A stretch of 64,000 nucleotides of DNA from an uncultured Candidatus Saccharibacteria bacterium (GCA_964490395.1 CAZBAS010000002.1:18566-82565), one strand, 5' to 3'. Shown: positions 1-8,897, counted from the stretch's first letter. Made by a program: numbers and translations. The notes: generated by a model from the letters alone, not told the origin.

Positions 1-668
1 ATTTTCTCTATGCGTCTACCTTTTATACCATTGCTTTAGCTGTGTGGCTCGCGAACATACGCCGCAGCGCAGTTGCATATACCCTCTTGGCCATATATGT
101 ACTTTGTAACCTAGGTGCGTTTGTACACTACTGGCAAGATCTTAAGGTAACCGAAAAGCCAGGTATGAATGCAGCAGTGCACTATTTGCAAAGCCACGCC
201 CGACCAACCGACTACCTTATTGCCGGAACAAGTTTTGAATTCTTTAATTTAAAATATTACCTTACGCAAGTTCCTGCGCCCACAGGACAAACTGCAGCCC
301 CGCTCACTATGGCCTCTAAGGGGTTCTCACTTGAAGACTTAAGCGATGACGCGTCCCGCCCCGCGCCGGACGCCCCGCAAACAATTCAGTACTGGCCAAA
401 ACCCGTACTGTTCACAGGCGGCTCAACTTCCGTACACGACCTCCCTCACTTTGCCGGCACTGCAATTTTAACGGACGAAGACCTACTCCCCCATTTCGAG
501 GACAATGCCAAAACGGGAGAGACAGCCTGGCTAGTATGGACCAATGCCTTTGGCTCGAATAAACCAACCGTGCCAGCGAACTGGAAACAGCTGGACGAAG
601 CAGGTTTTGCTGAAGTCAGACCGTACGTTGGCACCTGGATTGTGGTGACGAAATACGAAGTGCAGTAA
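1..668 (+). CDS. Partial membrane glycosyltransferase-like protein (GT39/ArnT-like C-terminal periplasmic region); the 5' end lies outside the window.
   Basis: The open frame runs from window base 3 with no stop before 668. It has a hydrophobic N-terminal segment followed by a soluble domain. Only weak family resemblance; the next feature (683..719) is a hairpin terminator. Confidence 0.35.
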   Translation, partial: FLYASTFYTIALAVWLANIRRSAVAYTLLAIYVLCNLGAFVHYWQDLKVTEKPGMNAAVHYLQSHARPTDYLIAGTSFEFFNLKYYLTQVPAPTGQTAAPLTMASKGFSLEDLSDDASRPAPDAPQTIQYWPKPVLFTGGSTSVHDLPHFAGTAILTDEDLLPHFEDNAKTGETAWLVWTNAFGSNKPTVPANWKQLDEAGFAEVRPYVGTWIVVTKYEVQ

Positions 669-682
669 TACAATATCAAAAT

Positions 683-719
683 AAGACTGTAGATTTGTTT
701 TAAAGAAATCTACAGTCTT
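683..719. terminator. Bidirectional rho-independent terminator between convergent genes.
   Basis: Perfect 14-bp stem AAGACTGTAGATTT / AAATCTACAGTCTT with a 9-nt loop. It is followed by a T/A-run (ATTAATTATAATAAAAAAAA) and sits between the + gene ending at 668 and the - gene ending at 790. Confidence 0.7.
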
Positions 720-789
720 ATTAATTATAATAAAAAAAATGCGGCGAACCTTTGCTCGACGCATTTGAAATGCCTTACCCTGGCCGCAA

Positions 790-1188
790 TCAGAAGAAAT
801 TTTCAAAGACCCACCCGATTCCCATTGATCCTTGGATAGTAACCCAGATAATCAATGCGAATGTCGCAGCACTATCTGTGGCCATAAAGACCGGTGACCA
901 CCGGCCTTCAAACCACCGTTTCCAAAAGCTCACTTGGGTTGGAAAAAGACTATCTAATTCTCGTCTAATTTCTCCGACCAGTACCCAGAGCCATTTAATT
1001 ATGCCCAAAAGCAGAGCGGCCAAGGCCGAAAGGCTTGTGACTGGGCCAATGACCATATTGCTCCAACGAGCCCCAATATATGTGGGGGGCTGAGTTAATG
1101 AGTAAATAGCGAGGGCCACTAGCACCCAGAAGTACCATCTGGTAAGCAACCAGCGGATTTCAACTTCACCCGTAACTGGCATTGTCAT
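790..1188 (-). CDS. Hypothetical small integral membrane protein (3 predicted TM helices).
   Basis: 132-aa ORF with a GGGAGG Shine-Dalgarno 8 nt upstream of the ATG at 1188 and hydrophobic helices (WYFWVLVALAIYSL, LSALAALLLGIIKWLWVLVG). Preferred over the overlapping + ORF 752..1093, which has no SD or domain. Confidence 0.45.
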   Translation of the reverse strand: MTMPVTGEVEIRWLLTRWYFWVLVALAIYSLTQPPTYIGARWSNMVIGPVTSLSALAALLLGIIKWLWVLVGEIRRELDSLFPTQVSFWKRWFEGRWSPVFMATDSAATFALIIWVTIQGSMGIGWVFENFF

Positions 1189-1403
1189 AGGATTTCCTCC
1201 CCGAAATATGATAAAACTCTATGCAGAATAACATATTTCATTAGCTAAGTCAATATTTATCACTGTTAATATTGACAAACCTATAAATAATATGTATAAT
1301 ATAGAGTCTTATTTTAGCCATATCAGTGGCAGGATCTGGCCGCATATAACCATCAGGCATATGTGAGAATATAAGATTTAACAATAATTCGAAGTAAAGA
1401 TTT

Positions 1404-3110
1404 ATGTCACTCAAAACCATTATTCGTTCATACAAGCTCCTTACGCTCATAGTGAGCATAGCAGCTATAAGCGGCGCTACGTTCTACTGGACCAGCGCTC
1501 GCGCTACAGTAGACACTACTGCATTGCCCGACGGTACTGCAGGCCAAGCCTACTCATTTAAAATACAAGCAAGCGGCGGAAGCCAGCCCTATGAATTCGA
1601 AAAGTGGTACAACACGTACCCTGGCACTGAAATGACACTAAAGGCCGATGGGACTTTTTCTGGTACCCCAACTCAGGCAGGCACATGGGAACTGGGTATT
1701 CGCGTTACCGATGGGACCGGTCTTGGTGTATACAAAATACTTCCTTGGAAAGTAGTTAGCACCAGCACTACCACTGGCACCATCCGCATAGATGGTATAC
1801 AGGGATACAACCAGAACACTCAGCAATACAACAATACCGTTGCCACGCCAGATACCTATGTAGTGCTCTATGGCGCATTTGCGAGCAGCGGGAACCAGCT
1901 TGTTTCTACTGGCACCGTAAGTGGTACCATAGACTTTGAAAGCACTTCCCAAATAAACGTAAAACTTTCGAGTGGTACTGGTATTGCTACGTTTGCCATA
2001 CGCGCTAACGGCGTAGTTTCAAACAGCAAGAGCATAGGCGTTGGCACTGCTATCTCTACCACAACCAGCACACTTGCCATAAGTCCAGACACAACACTAG
2101 TTACTGGCGCTATCCCCGCTGGCGCGCCGCGTTACATTTTCGCTGCGTTCAAACTGCAAACAGGTAGCGCTCCCGTAACCATCACTTCCATTCGTGTAGT
2201 TTCTGAAACAAGCAGTACCAACCAGATCCGAAACATTATAGTTTCTAAAGATGGAAATGCAATTACCTCTAGTGTTGCCACCCTTACCAATTCCGATATA
2301 CCACTTTCCGCTGCGCTCACCATACCAGCAAATAGCACCGTCACTTTGGAAATAAGCGCTATAACCAATGACCAAGCAACTGGCCAGGTTCGTCTGGGCA
2401 TAGGCAGCATGCAGTTCAGCGGCACAGCACCTACCATAACCCCAGCCTTGCCTATCTACGGCCCTGTAGTGCCCATTGTAGCGGCTCCAACCCCTACCCC
2501 AGTCCCGGTCTCTGGTCAAATACTAGTTTCTACTAGTCCGGTAGCATGTACCGCTACCACCAGCACGGTATCTATAACAGTTACCGGTACAAATGGCACA
2601 CTCTATACCATTCGCCGCAACAACGAAACCTTTGCTACCATAACTGGCTCTGGCAGCGTGCAAGATACCATTTCTGTTGGCACTACAAAGAGCTACAGCT
2701 TGTTTGCAGGTAGCCAGCAAGTTGGTACTACTCAAACTATAATTGGTACACGCCAAGCTGGTTGTACTACCACCACTGGCGACCGATACGTACGTGTAGC
2801 AGGCGACCCAACTGTATACTGGGTTACCCCATGGAATGCTAAAATGCCAATTCTATCTGCGGAAGTATTTTACTCATACGGCAGTAAGTGGGAACAAGTG
2901 CAAATTATATCCCAGGAAGCGCTCGATGATATAGACGATGTAGAGTATATTAAACTCAAAGGCAACGCACGGGTATACAAAATAGACGGCGCAGTAAAAC
3001 GCTACGTCTCCCCTGCTGCAGCGCAGCGCCTAAACATAGACCCTGCAAAAGTAGTCACCGTAAACGAAACAGAGTTCTACTCCTACCGCACTGGCAAGAG
3101 CATACAATAG
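1404..3110 (+). CDS. Secreted or cell-surface protein with Ig-like/beta-rich repeats and a Pro/Thr linker.
   Basis: N-terminal signal peptide/TM (LLTLIVSIAAISGATF), Thr/Ser/Gly-rich beta-repeat composition and a PTPTPVPV linker. AT-rich promoter region upstream (1200-1400); hairpin terminator at 3149..3175. Confidence 0.6.
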   Translation: MSLKTIIRSYKLLTLIVSIAAISGATFYWTSARATVDTTALPDGTAGQAYSFKIQASGGSQPYEFEKWYNTYPGTEMTLKADGTFSGTPTQAGTWELGIRVTDGTGLGVYKILPWKVVSTSTTTGTIRIDGIQGYNQNTQQYNNTVATPDTYVVLYGAFASSGNQLVSTGTVSGTIDFESTSQINVKLSSGTGIATFAIRANGVVSNSKSIGVGTAISTTTSTLAISPDTTLVTGAIPAGAPRYIFAAFKLQTGSAPVTITSIRVVSETSSTNQIRNIIVSKDGNAITSSVATLTNSDIPLSAALTIPANSTVTLEISAITNDQATGQVRLGIGSMQFSGTAPTITPALPIYGPVVPIVAAPTPTPVPVSGQILVSTSPVACTATTSTVSITVTGTNGTLYTIRRNNETFATITGSGSVQDTISVGTTKSYSLFAGSQQVGTTQTIIGTRQAGCTTTTGDRYVRVAGDPTVYWVTPWNAKMPILSAEVFYSYGSKWEQVQIISQEALDDIDDVEYIKLKGNARVYKIDGAVKRYVSPAAAQRLNIDPAKVVTVNETEFYSYRTGKSIQ

Positions 3111-3148
3111 AAAAGAAGTTGCTAACTGCTAGTTATTAGCTTCTAGCA

Positions 3149-3175
3149 TAAAGCCCCGCAAGGGGCTTTTTTATT
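3149..3175 (+). terminator. Rho-independent terminator.
   Basis: AAAGCCCC GCAA GGGGCTTTTTTATT: an 8-bp GC-rich stem with a tetraloop followed by a T-run. Confidence 0.75.
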
Positions 3176-3221
3176 ATAGAAACATGCACGTTGTTTCTGT
3201 TGAGAATACCAATGTTAACCC

Positions 3222-3333
3222 TCTGTCATCCTCGCGTATGCGGGGATCCATATCGGCCCATTAGCCGATAACAGGATTGTTGTTTCGTTGCCCCCGGTGC
3301 GGGGGTGAATTCCCGCCTTCGCGGGAATGACAG
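3222..3333. repeat. About 110-nt GC-rich palindromic repeat element (MITE/REP-like) with terminal inverted repeats CTGTCAT...ATGACAG; copy 1.
   Basis: Contains the hairpins CTGTCATCCTCGCG-TAT-GCGGGGATCC, CCCCCGG-TG-CGGGGG and GAATTCCCGC-CTTC-GCGGGAATGACAG. The outer arms are mutually complementary and it is homologous to 30885..31035 in inverted orientation. It produces the classic spurious '...IPAKAGIH...' ORFs (3215..3403). Confidence 0.6.
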
Positions 3334-3588
3334 ACAAAAAATTGATATTAGAAATAAATGCGTTGACTCGCATGGCTAGAAACCGTAAACTGCATAAGCT
3401 CAAAAATCAAAATACGAAAGGAGGGCCTTACATGAAAAGCCCTGACAATTTCTTTGTAAGATTAGTTTGTATATTATTTATACTCCTAATCATCAAACTT
3501 CTATGGTTCGGCAACTAACTCCCCCACGCCGAACTTTTTTATTTGGGCAAAATGAAAACGGTAGTTGGCAGTCCTACCGCATATTGAA

Positions 3589-3729
3589 CTACAATGACCC
3601 GCATATGGCCAGTGCTGTTAGGACAAGTGCCGTGACAGCGGCACCAACTCCCAGCAGCACTATCATCTTACCCCCAGTACCACTTTGCCAGAGGGACACT
3701 TCGTCATTATTGTTGTTATGGTAACCCAT
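3589..3729 (-). CDS. Possible small membrane protein (46 aa, MGYHNNNNDEVSLWQSGTGGKMIVLLGVGAAVTALVLTALAICGSL).
   Basis: Strong SD (GAGGGGG) 4 nt upstream of the ATG and a single C-terminal TM helix. It lies immediately downstream of another small TM ORF (3741..3926) whose TGA overlaps the region. Confidence 0.3.
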   Translation of the reverse strand: MGYHNNNNDEVSLWQSGTGGKMIVLLGVGAAVTALVLTALAICGSL

Positions 3730-3740
3730 TCTTCCCCCTC

Positions 3741-3926
3741 TCATCTTTTGAAAGTAGCGACCGCAAAGATCACTACAAGTTGAACGAATAAGAATGCCAC
3801 GACTAGCAAACTCGCACATAGCGCAATTTGCTGGCCATCGGACAATCTCATACATCGCCGCATTAGGAGGTAGCAGCTCCTCAATATGCGACGTCCTTCC
3901 AAATTCGCATACAAGCCACCTCCCAA
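3741..3926 (-). CDS. Possible small membrane protein (TTG/ATG start uncertain).
   Basis: C-terminal hydrophobic helix (ALCASLLVVAFLFVQLVVIFAVATF) and a tandem arrangement with 3589..3729. No homology recognised. Confidence 0.2.
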   Translation of the reverse strand: MGGGLYANLEGRRILRSCYLLMRRCMRLSDGQQIALCASLLVVAFLFVQLVVIFAVATFKR

Positions 3927-4096
3927 TTGTTATGCTACACTTTGATAACCAAAAGCCGGATTGCGCATGCGTTCCGGCTTTTGTTTGATGTAAGTATAGC
4001 TATTAAATACCACTACAGCAACTAACCATGGGCACCATTGTAGCCGCTACAATGGTGCCCATGGTTTATGGGTTTAATGGCCTTACTCACGCCTCA

Positions 4097-4540
4097 TTAC
4101 TCATCCCTCACGCCTGTATTTAGCACCGCCTCTAGCGCCACCAACGCGTGGTCTGCGTCTAGGCCTATAATTTGTGATACAACCTGGGTGCGAATATTTG
4201 CATCAAAACTTTCAGCGCTGACTTTTTTAAGATGTTCAACAATGGCCTTGTCTATAACATGCGCTCGAATACTTACCCGGCGGAGCTCATCCCGCACAGC
4301 TTCCATATAGCGCGCCTCACCCCTTACAACAGTTTGCAAACCCATAGCGCACCCGTGCTCATCTAGTAAAGGTTTCTGTAACTGCGCATCGCGCTCCTGA
4401 AGCTGCTTCATAACCCACTCAGCTACATCTGGCACTTCATGAATAGGAACAATGGATAGCCCCAGCTCACCCAAAACAACATACCCCAGCAGCTGCCACT
4501 CTGTATTAAAAATTCCAATAACTTCTTCTTTCATAGCCAT
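4097..4540 (-). CDS. Hypothetical cytoplasmic protein.
   Basis: 147 aa from ATG (MAMKEEVIGIF...) with GGGAGGGG upstream. No family recognised. The palindromic motif AATACTAGACAGTATTCTAGTA lies about 90 nt upstream. Confidence 0.45.
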   Translation of the reverse strand: MAMKEEVIGIFNTEWQLLGYVVLGELGLSIVPIHEVPDVAEWVMKQLQERDAQLQKPLLDEHGCAMGLQTVVRGEARYMEAVRDELRRVSIRAHVIDKAIVEHLKKVSAESFDANIRTQVVSQIIGLDADHALVALEAVLNTGVRDE

Positions 4541-4687
4541 AACTATACCCAAATTTCCCCTCCCGCACAACCATCAAATATCATAATTAAATAAACCGTG
4601 AAGCATTTTATACCGCCCATTCCTTACCGTAATACTAGACAGTATTCTAGTAGAAGAAAAGAGATGTATTCTCTTAAATATAAAAAA

Positions 4688-4770
4688 ACACGGGCCTACA
4701 CATGCAGTCTGAGTCTATATCGTTGTAAGTGATATAGTCCCATACTACACGGTAGGCCCGCTGCTTATCG
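4688..4770 (-). terminator. Rho-independent terminator of the deacetylase gene.
   Basis: On the - strand: CGGGCCTAC...(nested GACTATATC/GATATAGAC)...GTAGGCCCG followed by TGTTTTTTTA. Confidence 0.6.
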
Positions 4771-4777
4771 CAAAAAG

Positions 4778-6313
4778 TTAGTTGCCCGTACGGCGCGGAG
4801 GACCGCCCCGATCACCGATAGGAGGCCTCCCAGGATTTACCTGCCGCCCCGGAACCGGATGTTGGAAGCCCTGAAACATATCTGGCCTGTCTCCATACTC
4901 TGACATGAACTCGTCATTGTTTAAGACCGGCAAACCCCAAAATTCGATATCGCGCATCAGGAACTCGAAATTCTGTTCTGATGTGCTATAGGGGTCACTT
5001 GGGTCGTCACAAATATTGTGTATGAGCCACGCAGTACACACCTTGTCCTGCGCGCTCCACATATTCATCATGTGGATTTTGTCCGGAGTCATATCACGTG
5101 TCAATGCACGAACTTTGATGCGCCACGGATGTGTACCGCGGCCATTTCCCCCATCGCTGGCATCTCTTTGAGTGTCAAAGAAGCAACCAGCAAGATAGTG
5201 CAAAAACGCGTTCAAATTACCCGACCCAAAAGGAAACGCCATATGATAGATTGGCGGCCCATCTGGCAGATTACAGTTCAGGATTTTGTCCGAGGTATCG
5301 AACTCCCAATTGATCCGTGCTATAGGATCTTTGAGATCTGGCAGCGGGATGTCATACTTGTGCGACACCCATGTGGCTGCTGCGAGCCACTCCGCATATT
5401 CGGCCTGCGTTTCAGATCCATTCAAAATCTTAGACATATCGGGGTGGGTAACCGTGTGGCTTCCAATATTCCCGCCGTCATTATAGATCTCGGCCAAGTC
5501 CGCCCACGAAATTCCACCGGGTTCGTTTGGGTTGCTAACCCAATCAATCCGGGGGAAAACATTCGCACGCCATTTACGAGGCTTCATGTACTTCCGGTAC
5601 ATGACGGGCTGTGAAGCATAACCATCATCGAAATGAATGGCGACACTTCCGCGCACGCGTTGATACTCCTTTACACTAACAGATTGAACTTCAACCGTTC
5701 CCACTGCGCGGATAAGACCAATAAAGATGTGGGCCTGCACGACTGGCTGCGGCACCTGAAATGCTTCCAGATGCACACTGATCTCGTGCCAGTCTGTGCT
5801 CTGAGTCGGATAGTTTGGATAATCAACAATCCATGCAGTCGTACCATCGGCCAAATCTAGTTTGACCTGCATGGTCAGACCCAAGTGCGGACTGTTTGGC
5901 CCATTTGGAGCGTCAGCCGGCGTGTCTTTGACCGGTCCAATTGATCGAACCGAGGCAGTAAAAGTCGTTGGGACGCCGATAGGCTGGTTGAGCACCAGGG
6001 TCTCATATGTTCCGGCGATATACAACTGACTATCAGCCTTAATCGAGAGAACACTTCCGCCGCCCGGCTTAGCTATTCTTGTGTAGCCGCCCCAGCCACC
6101 CCACGTTGGGAAGCCGTGTTGCCAATTCTGCGCCTCGGCACTGCTTGCGCCTGCCTGGGAAAAGTTGCCGTTAATGATCCGCTCGACGCCAGGTAAATAG
6201 CCTGGTGTCGGCTGTTGCTGCGCTGCTACCTTGTGTTGCATGCTGGGCGCGACCATACATGCGAGAAAAAGCAATGCCAGCGTGGCAAAGCCTACTAACT
6301 TTCTACGAGACAT
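4778..6313 (-). CDS. Secreted polysaccharide deacetylase (NodB/CE4 domain) with an N-terminal carbohydrate-binding-like domain.
   Basis: AGGAGG 6 nt upstream of the ATG (MSRRKLVGFATLALLFLAC... signal peptide). CE4 motifs HFDDGY and HTVTHPDM. The N-terminal domain resembles the CBM of 8955..10193 and 6662..7387. Confidence 0.7.
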   Translation of the reverse strand: MSRRKLVGFATLALLFLACMVAPSMQHKVAAQQQPTPGYLPGVERIINGNFSQAGASSAEAQNWQHGFPTWGGWGGYTRIAKPGGGSVLSIKADSQLYIAGTYETLVLNQPIGVPTTFTASVRSIGPVKDTPADAPNGPNSPHLGLTMQVKLDLADGTTAWIVDYPNYPTQSTDWHEISVHLEAFQVPQPVVQAHIFIGLIRAVGTVEVQSVSVKEYQRVRGSVAIHFDDGYASQPVMYRKYMKPRKWRANVFPRIDWVSNPNEPGGISWADLAEIYNDGGNIGSHTVTHPDMSKILNGSETQAEYAEWLAAATWVSHKYDIPLPDLKDPIARINWEFDTSDKILNCNLPDGPPIYHMAFPFGSGNLNAFLHYLAGCFFDTQRDASDGGNGRGTHPWRIKVRALTRDMTPDKIHMMNMWSAQDKVCTAWLIHNICDDPSDPYSTSEQNFEFLMRDIEFWGLPVLNNDEFMSEYGDRPDMFQGFQHPVPGRQVNPGRPPIGDRGGPPRRTGN

Positions 6314-6615
6314 AATTGTCCTCCTGCGTAAACATTGATGTAACAATTCTGCATTTTCCGCTCGATTCGAATCGAGATTTGCATGCTGTAAGCGGAAATG
6401 CCAGGGAGTTACGGTAACCCTGATCTGACTTCAGAAAATTTTGATCATTCCTGAAAAGACCAATAACTATAACATAAAATGCCATTTTTGGGAATACCCA
6501 GCATATATATTATTCCCCATTCTTAAGGGGTGTTTAGCTTCATTTTTACTTGACCATCAGCTCTCTTCCGGAATACTAGACAGTATTCTAGTAAAAATAT
6601 TGCCAATAGATAAAC

Positions 6616-6642
6616 AAAAAAGCACCCGGTGAGGGTGCTTTT
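6616..6642 (-). terminator. Rho-independent terminator (for the CBM gene on the - strand).
   Basis: AAGCACCC-GGTGA-GGGTGCTT with TTTTTTGTTT on the - strand. Confidence 0.65.
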
Positions 6643-6661
6643 GAGAGTTGTTTAGATAGAG

Positions 6662-7387
6662 CTAGCGAGGGCAGAGCCAGCGGAATGGGATTATGCAGCC
6701 GCGAGGTGGGATTGGAGTAGGTGTTGGCGTTGGTGCTGGAGCTACGTAGTCAGACATCATGGCTTCGGTTGCATCGGTGGTAGCTACTTCTTTTACGTTG
6801 AGGTCATCAAAGTAAGCGGTACCACTTGCGCGAATAATAGATGGTACTACAAATACATAATCTATGGGAGCGGAAATAAGGCTGCCAAGCTGAGCAGTGT
6901 TGAACCCTATCCACTTCCAGTCAAAGGTACCGGAGTTTGCAGTGGTGTTCCAGTATACTACCTGGCCATTGCGCAGGTGAATTTCTGCATACAAGGAAGC
7001 GCCAAAGTATGAACCAGGAGCCATGGTAACGTTCTCACCTTTTACGTACGCGCCAAGAAATACTGGCTCAATAGTTGTTTGGTTAAAATCTACGCGCTGG
7101 AAAGCACCTGCCATGCTGGCAGTAGATGTGCTTACCATTTTAGCGCCATACCAACCGGTATTTGGGCGACCAGCATACACTACACGAGTGTATCCAGTGC
7201 CAAAATTCTGCCAGTTATAGGCTTTGTCTGGCATACCCTGCTCAGAGCCATTCTCGTCCCAATATATACCTTCCTGCTCGAAACCAGCAGCAGAAAGTTG
7301 GTTACCAGCGGCATCTGTCTGCCCAATTGGCATAACTGCCCATACCAGCGTAAACGCGGTAACAAGTACTAAAATCTTCTTAAACAT
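6662..7387 (-). CDS. Secreted standalone carbohydrate-binding module protein (paralog of the N-domain of 8955..10193).
   Basis: Start at MFKKILVLVTAF (signal peptide). DKAYNWQNFGTGYTRV ... NSGTFDWKWIGFNT ... AYFDD matches DKAYDWQDFGGGYTRV ... NSGTFDWRWVGFNT ... AWFDD of the deacetylase at 8955..10193. It ends with a PTPTPTP linker. Confidence 0.6.
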   Translation of the reverse strand: MFKKILVLVTAFTLVWAVMPIGQTDAAGNQLSAAGFEQEGIYWDENGSEQGMPDKAYNWQNFGTGYTRVVYAGRPNTGWYGAKMVSTSTASMAGAFQRVDFNQTTIEPVFLGAYVKGENVTMAPGSYFGASLYAEIHLRNGQVVYWNTTANSGTFDWKWIGFNTAQLGSLISAPIDYVFVVPSIIRASGTAYFDDLNVKEVATTDATEAMMSDYVAPAPTPTPTPIPPRGCIIPFRWLCPR

Positions 7388-7618
7388 AATGTATCTGTAT
7401 TCTGCCTTTGCTAGGAAGTTAGCGACATAGCTATCTGAAATATCTCTAGATTGCTTTACTTCGCAGACTCGCTCGCAATGACAGTATGTATTGATTAATG
7501 TAAGCGACCCTGCATTGTAATGATAAATCCCCTTTTTGGCAAGTCTATAAAAAAAACCTCGCTGCAACGAAGATTCCACATATCTGTATGTGAAAATCAA
7601 CGCTGCAGCGATATTGCG

Positions 7619-7870
7619 CTACTGCGCGAATGGCCACCACCTAGCAAAGAAGGCGACGACCAAATATACGGCGACCAGTACCACTATCACCAGAACACGC
7701 GATGTCGGCTTAGCTGCCCCTGGACAAGCATGATTCCAGGAGTGGCCAATACAACATTTCAGCCCGCACTGATCGCAAATTGAATGAAAATCATTAGGAC
7801 AGGTGCCCGACCCGTCCTCGTACACATATTTGCAAGTCCCACCTTGAGCCGCTGGTCGGTTAGTCGCCAC
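7619..7870 (-). CDS. Small Cys-rich protein with a C-terminal membrane anchor.
   Basis: GGAGGT SD before a GTG start; 10 Cys in about 60 aa (CKYVYEDGSGTCPNDFHSICDQCGLKCCIGHSWNHAC) followed by a TM helix (VLVIVVLVAVYLVVAFF). Terminator hairpin plus T-run at about 7551-7605. Confidence 0.4.
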   Translation of the reverse strand: MATNRPAAQGGTCKYVYEDGSGTCPNDFHSICDQCGLKCCIGHSWNHACPGAAKPTSRVLVIVVLVAVYLVVAFFARWWPFAQ

Positions 7871-8079
7871 TATAATTACCTCCAAAAAAGTTTAGTTTGA
7901 TGTTAATAAAATCGGCAACTTTGTAGAGCATTGCCGACAGGAGTTAAAATTGTTTTTATTTCCAATTAGCAATACTATAACATATATACTTACTTTTGTA
8001 AAGGGTGATATGTAACCCGCTAAGATTGGCATCCTGCGATTGCTGGGGCACCAGACAGACCAAATTTACACACTGCATA

Positions 8080-8110
8080 CAAAAAACACTCCGGGATAGG
8101 AGTGTTTTTA
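8080..8110. terminator. Bidirectional terminator.
   Basis: AACACTCC-GGGATA-GGAGTGTT flanked by A-run/T-run. Confidence 0.6.
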
Positions 8111-8138
8111 AGTCTGGAAATCTTTTTTCTATGATGGA

Positions 8139-8897
8139 CTATTTCAAACCAAAGCTTGCGAGGAGCTTACCTGAGTAGTCGGTAATGTAGTACACGCGGT
8201 TGCCGCGCACAACGGCTAGGGCGGGTGCACCATCGAGCATATAGCGGAAGGCAAAGTAGCCTTGGAAGGTAATGTTTTCAAGCTTAGTAATGTTTGGGCT
8301 CAAAGCGAGCTGCTTGCCTAAGTCAGAAGGATCGTCCAGTAATAAATCTGCAACCTCTACCCGTGCGAGCAATGCATTTGCGCTGCTGCGGAACTCAACC
8401 ACTCGGTTGCCTTCTGCACCAGAGTTTACGGTAGTGCGCGCAGGCAACGTTATGCTAAAACCAGAAGCATCGGTATACACACGACTTGCGATTGTAGTGG
8501 TAGCGCCGAGTACAGTAGGAGCTGGAGTTGGAGCAGGCTTAGTAGCCACGGGCTTTGCAGGCTCAGTAACTACGTTTGGAGAGTCTGTGCTGGTGCTAGA
8601 TGTACGTGGAGCAGGTTCTGTAGCGCTTGGAGCTATAGATGGCGCCACTGCCACTGGAGAGCTTAACTGGGGCTCTACGGGGGCCTTAGCAACCTTTATA
8701 CCAGTACCCAGCTGCGGCCAGTGTCCATATACCACGTAGCCAAGTGCAAATGTAGCCACCAGCAAAATACACACAGTCACAATGCTACTGCGCACGCCAG
8801 AATCCTTGCTCGGTTGAACCGGGCTGACTATTTCCTCTATGGACATATTACCTGGATTCTCTTGGGGAGGGACCAGATTGCGTGGAAGGTCGGACAT
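8139..8897 (-). CDS. Membrane-anchored protein with a Pro/Thr/Ala-rich linker and a C-terminal globular domain.
   Basis: N-terminal TM (IVTVCILLVATFALGYVVY), low-complexity PAPT linker and a C-terminal domain. No family recognised. Confidence 0.5.
   Translation of the reverse strand: MSDLPRNLVPPQENPGNMSIEEIVSPVQPSKDSGVRSSIVTVCILLVATFALGYVVYGHWPQLGTGIKVAKAPVEPQLSSPVAVAPSIAPSATEPAPRTSSTSTDSPNVVTEPAKPVATKPAPTPAPTVLGATTTIASRVYTDASGFSITLPARTTVNSGAEGNRVVEFRSSANALLARVEVADLLLDDPSDLGKQLALSPNITKLENITFQGYFAFRYMLDGAPALAVVRGNRVYYITDYSGKLLASFGLK

Noticed and set aside
752-1093. Plus-strand ORF overlapping the minus-strand membrane-protein ORF 790..1188.
   Set aside because: The minus-strand ORF has a GGGAGG SD and clear TM helices; the plus ORF has neither, and its reading would leave the terminator hairpin at 683..719 upstream of it.
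3215-3403. ORF-track proteins inside the GC-rich palindromic repeats (3215..3403, 3327..3518, 30817..31029, 30872..31090).
   Set aside because: These are classic spurious ORFs from REP-like repeats (...IPAKAGIH.../...AGMTD-like); they sit inside hairpin DNA, overlap each other and have no RBS.
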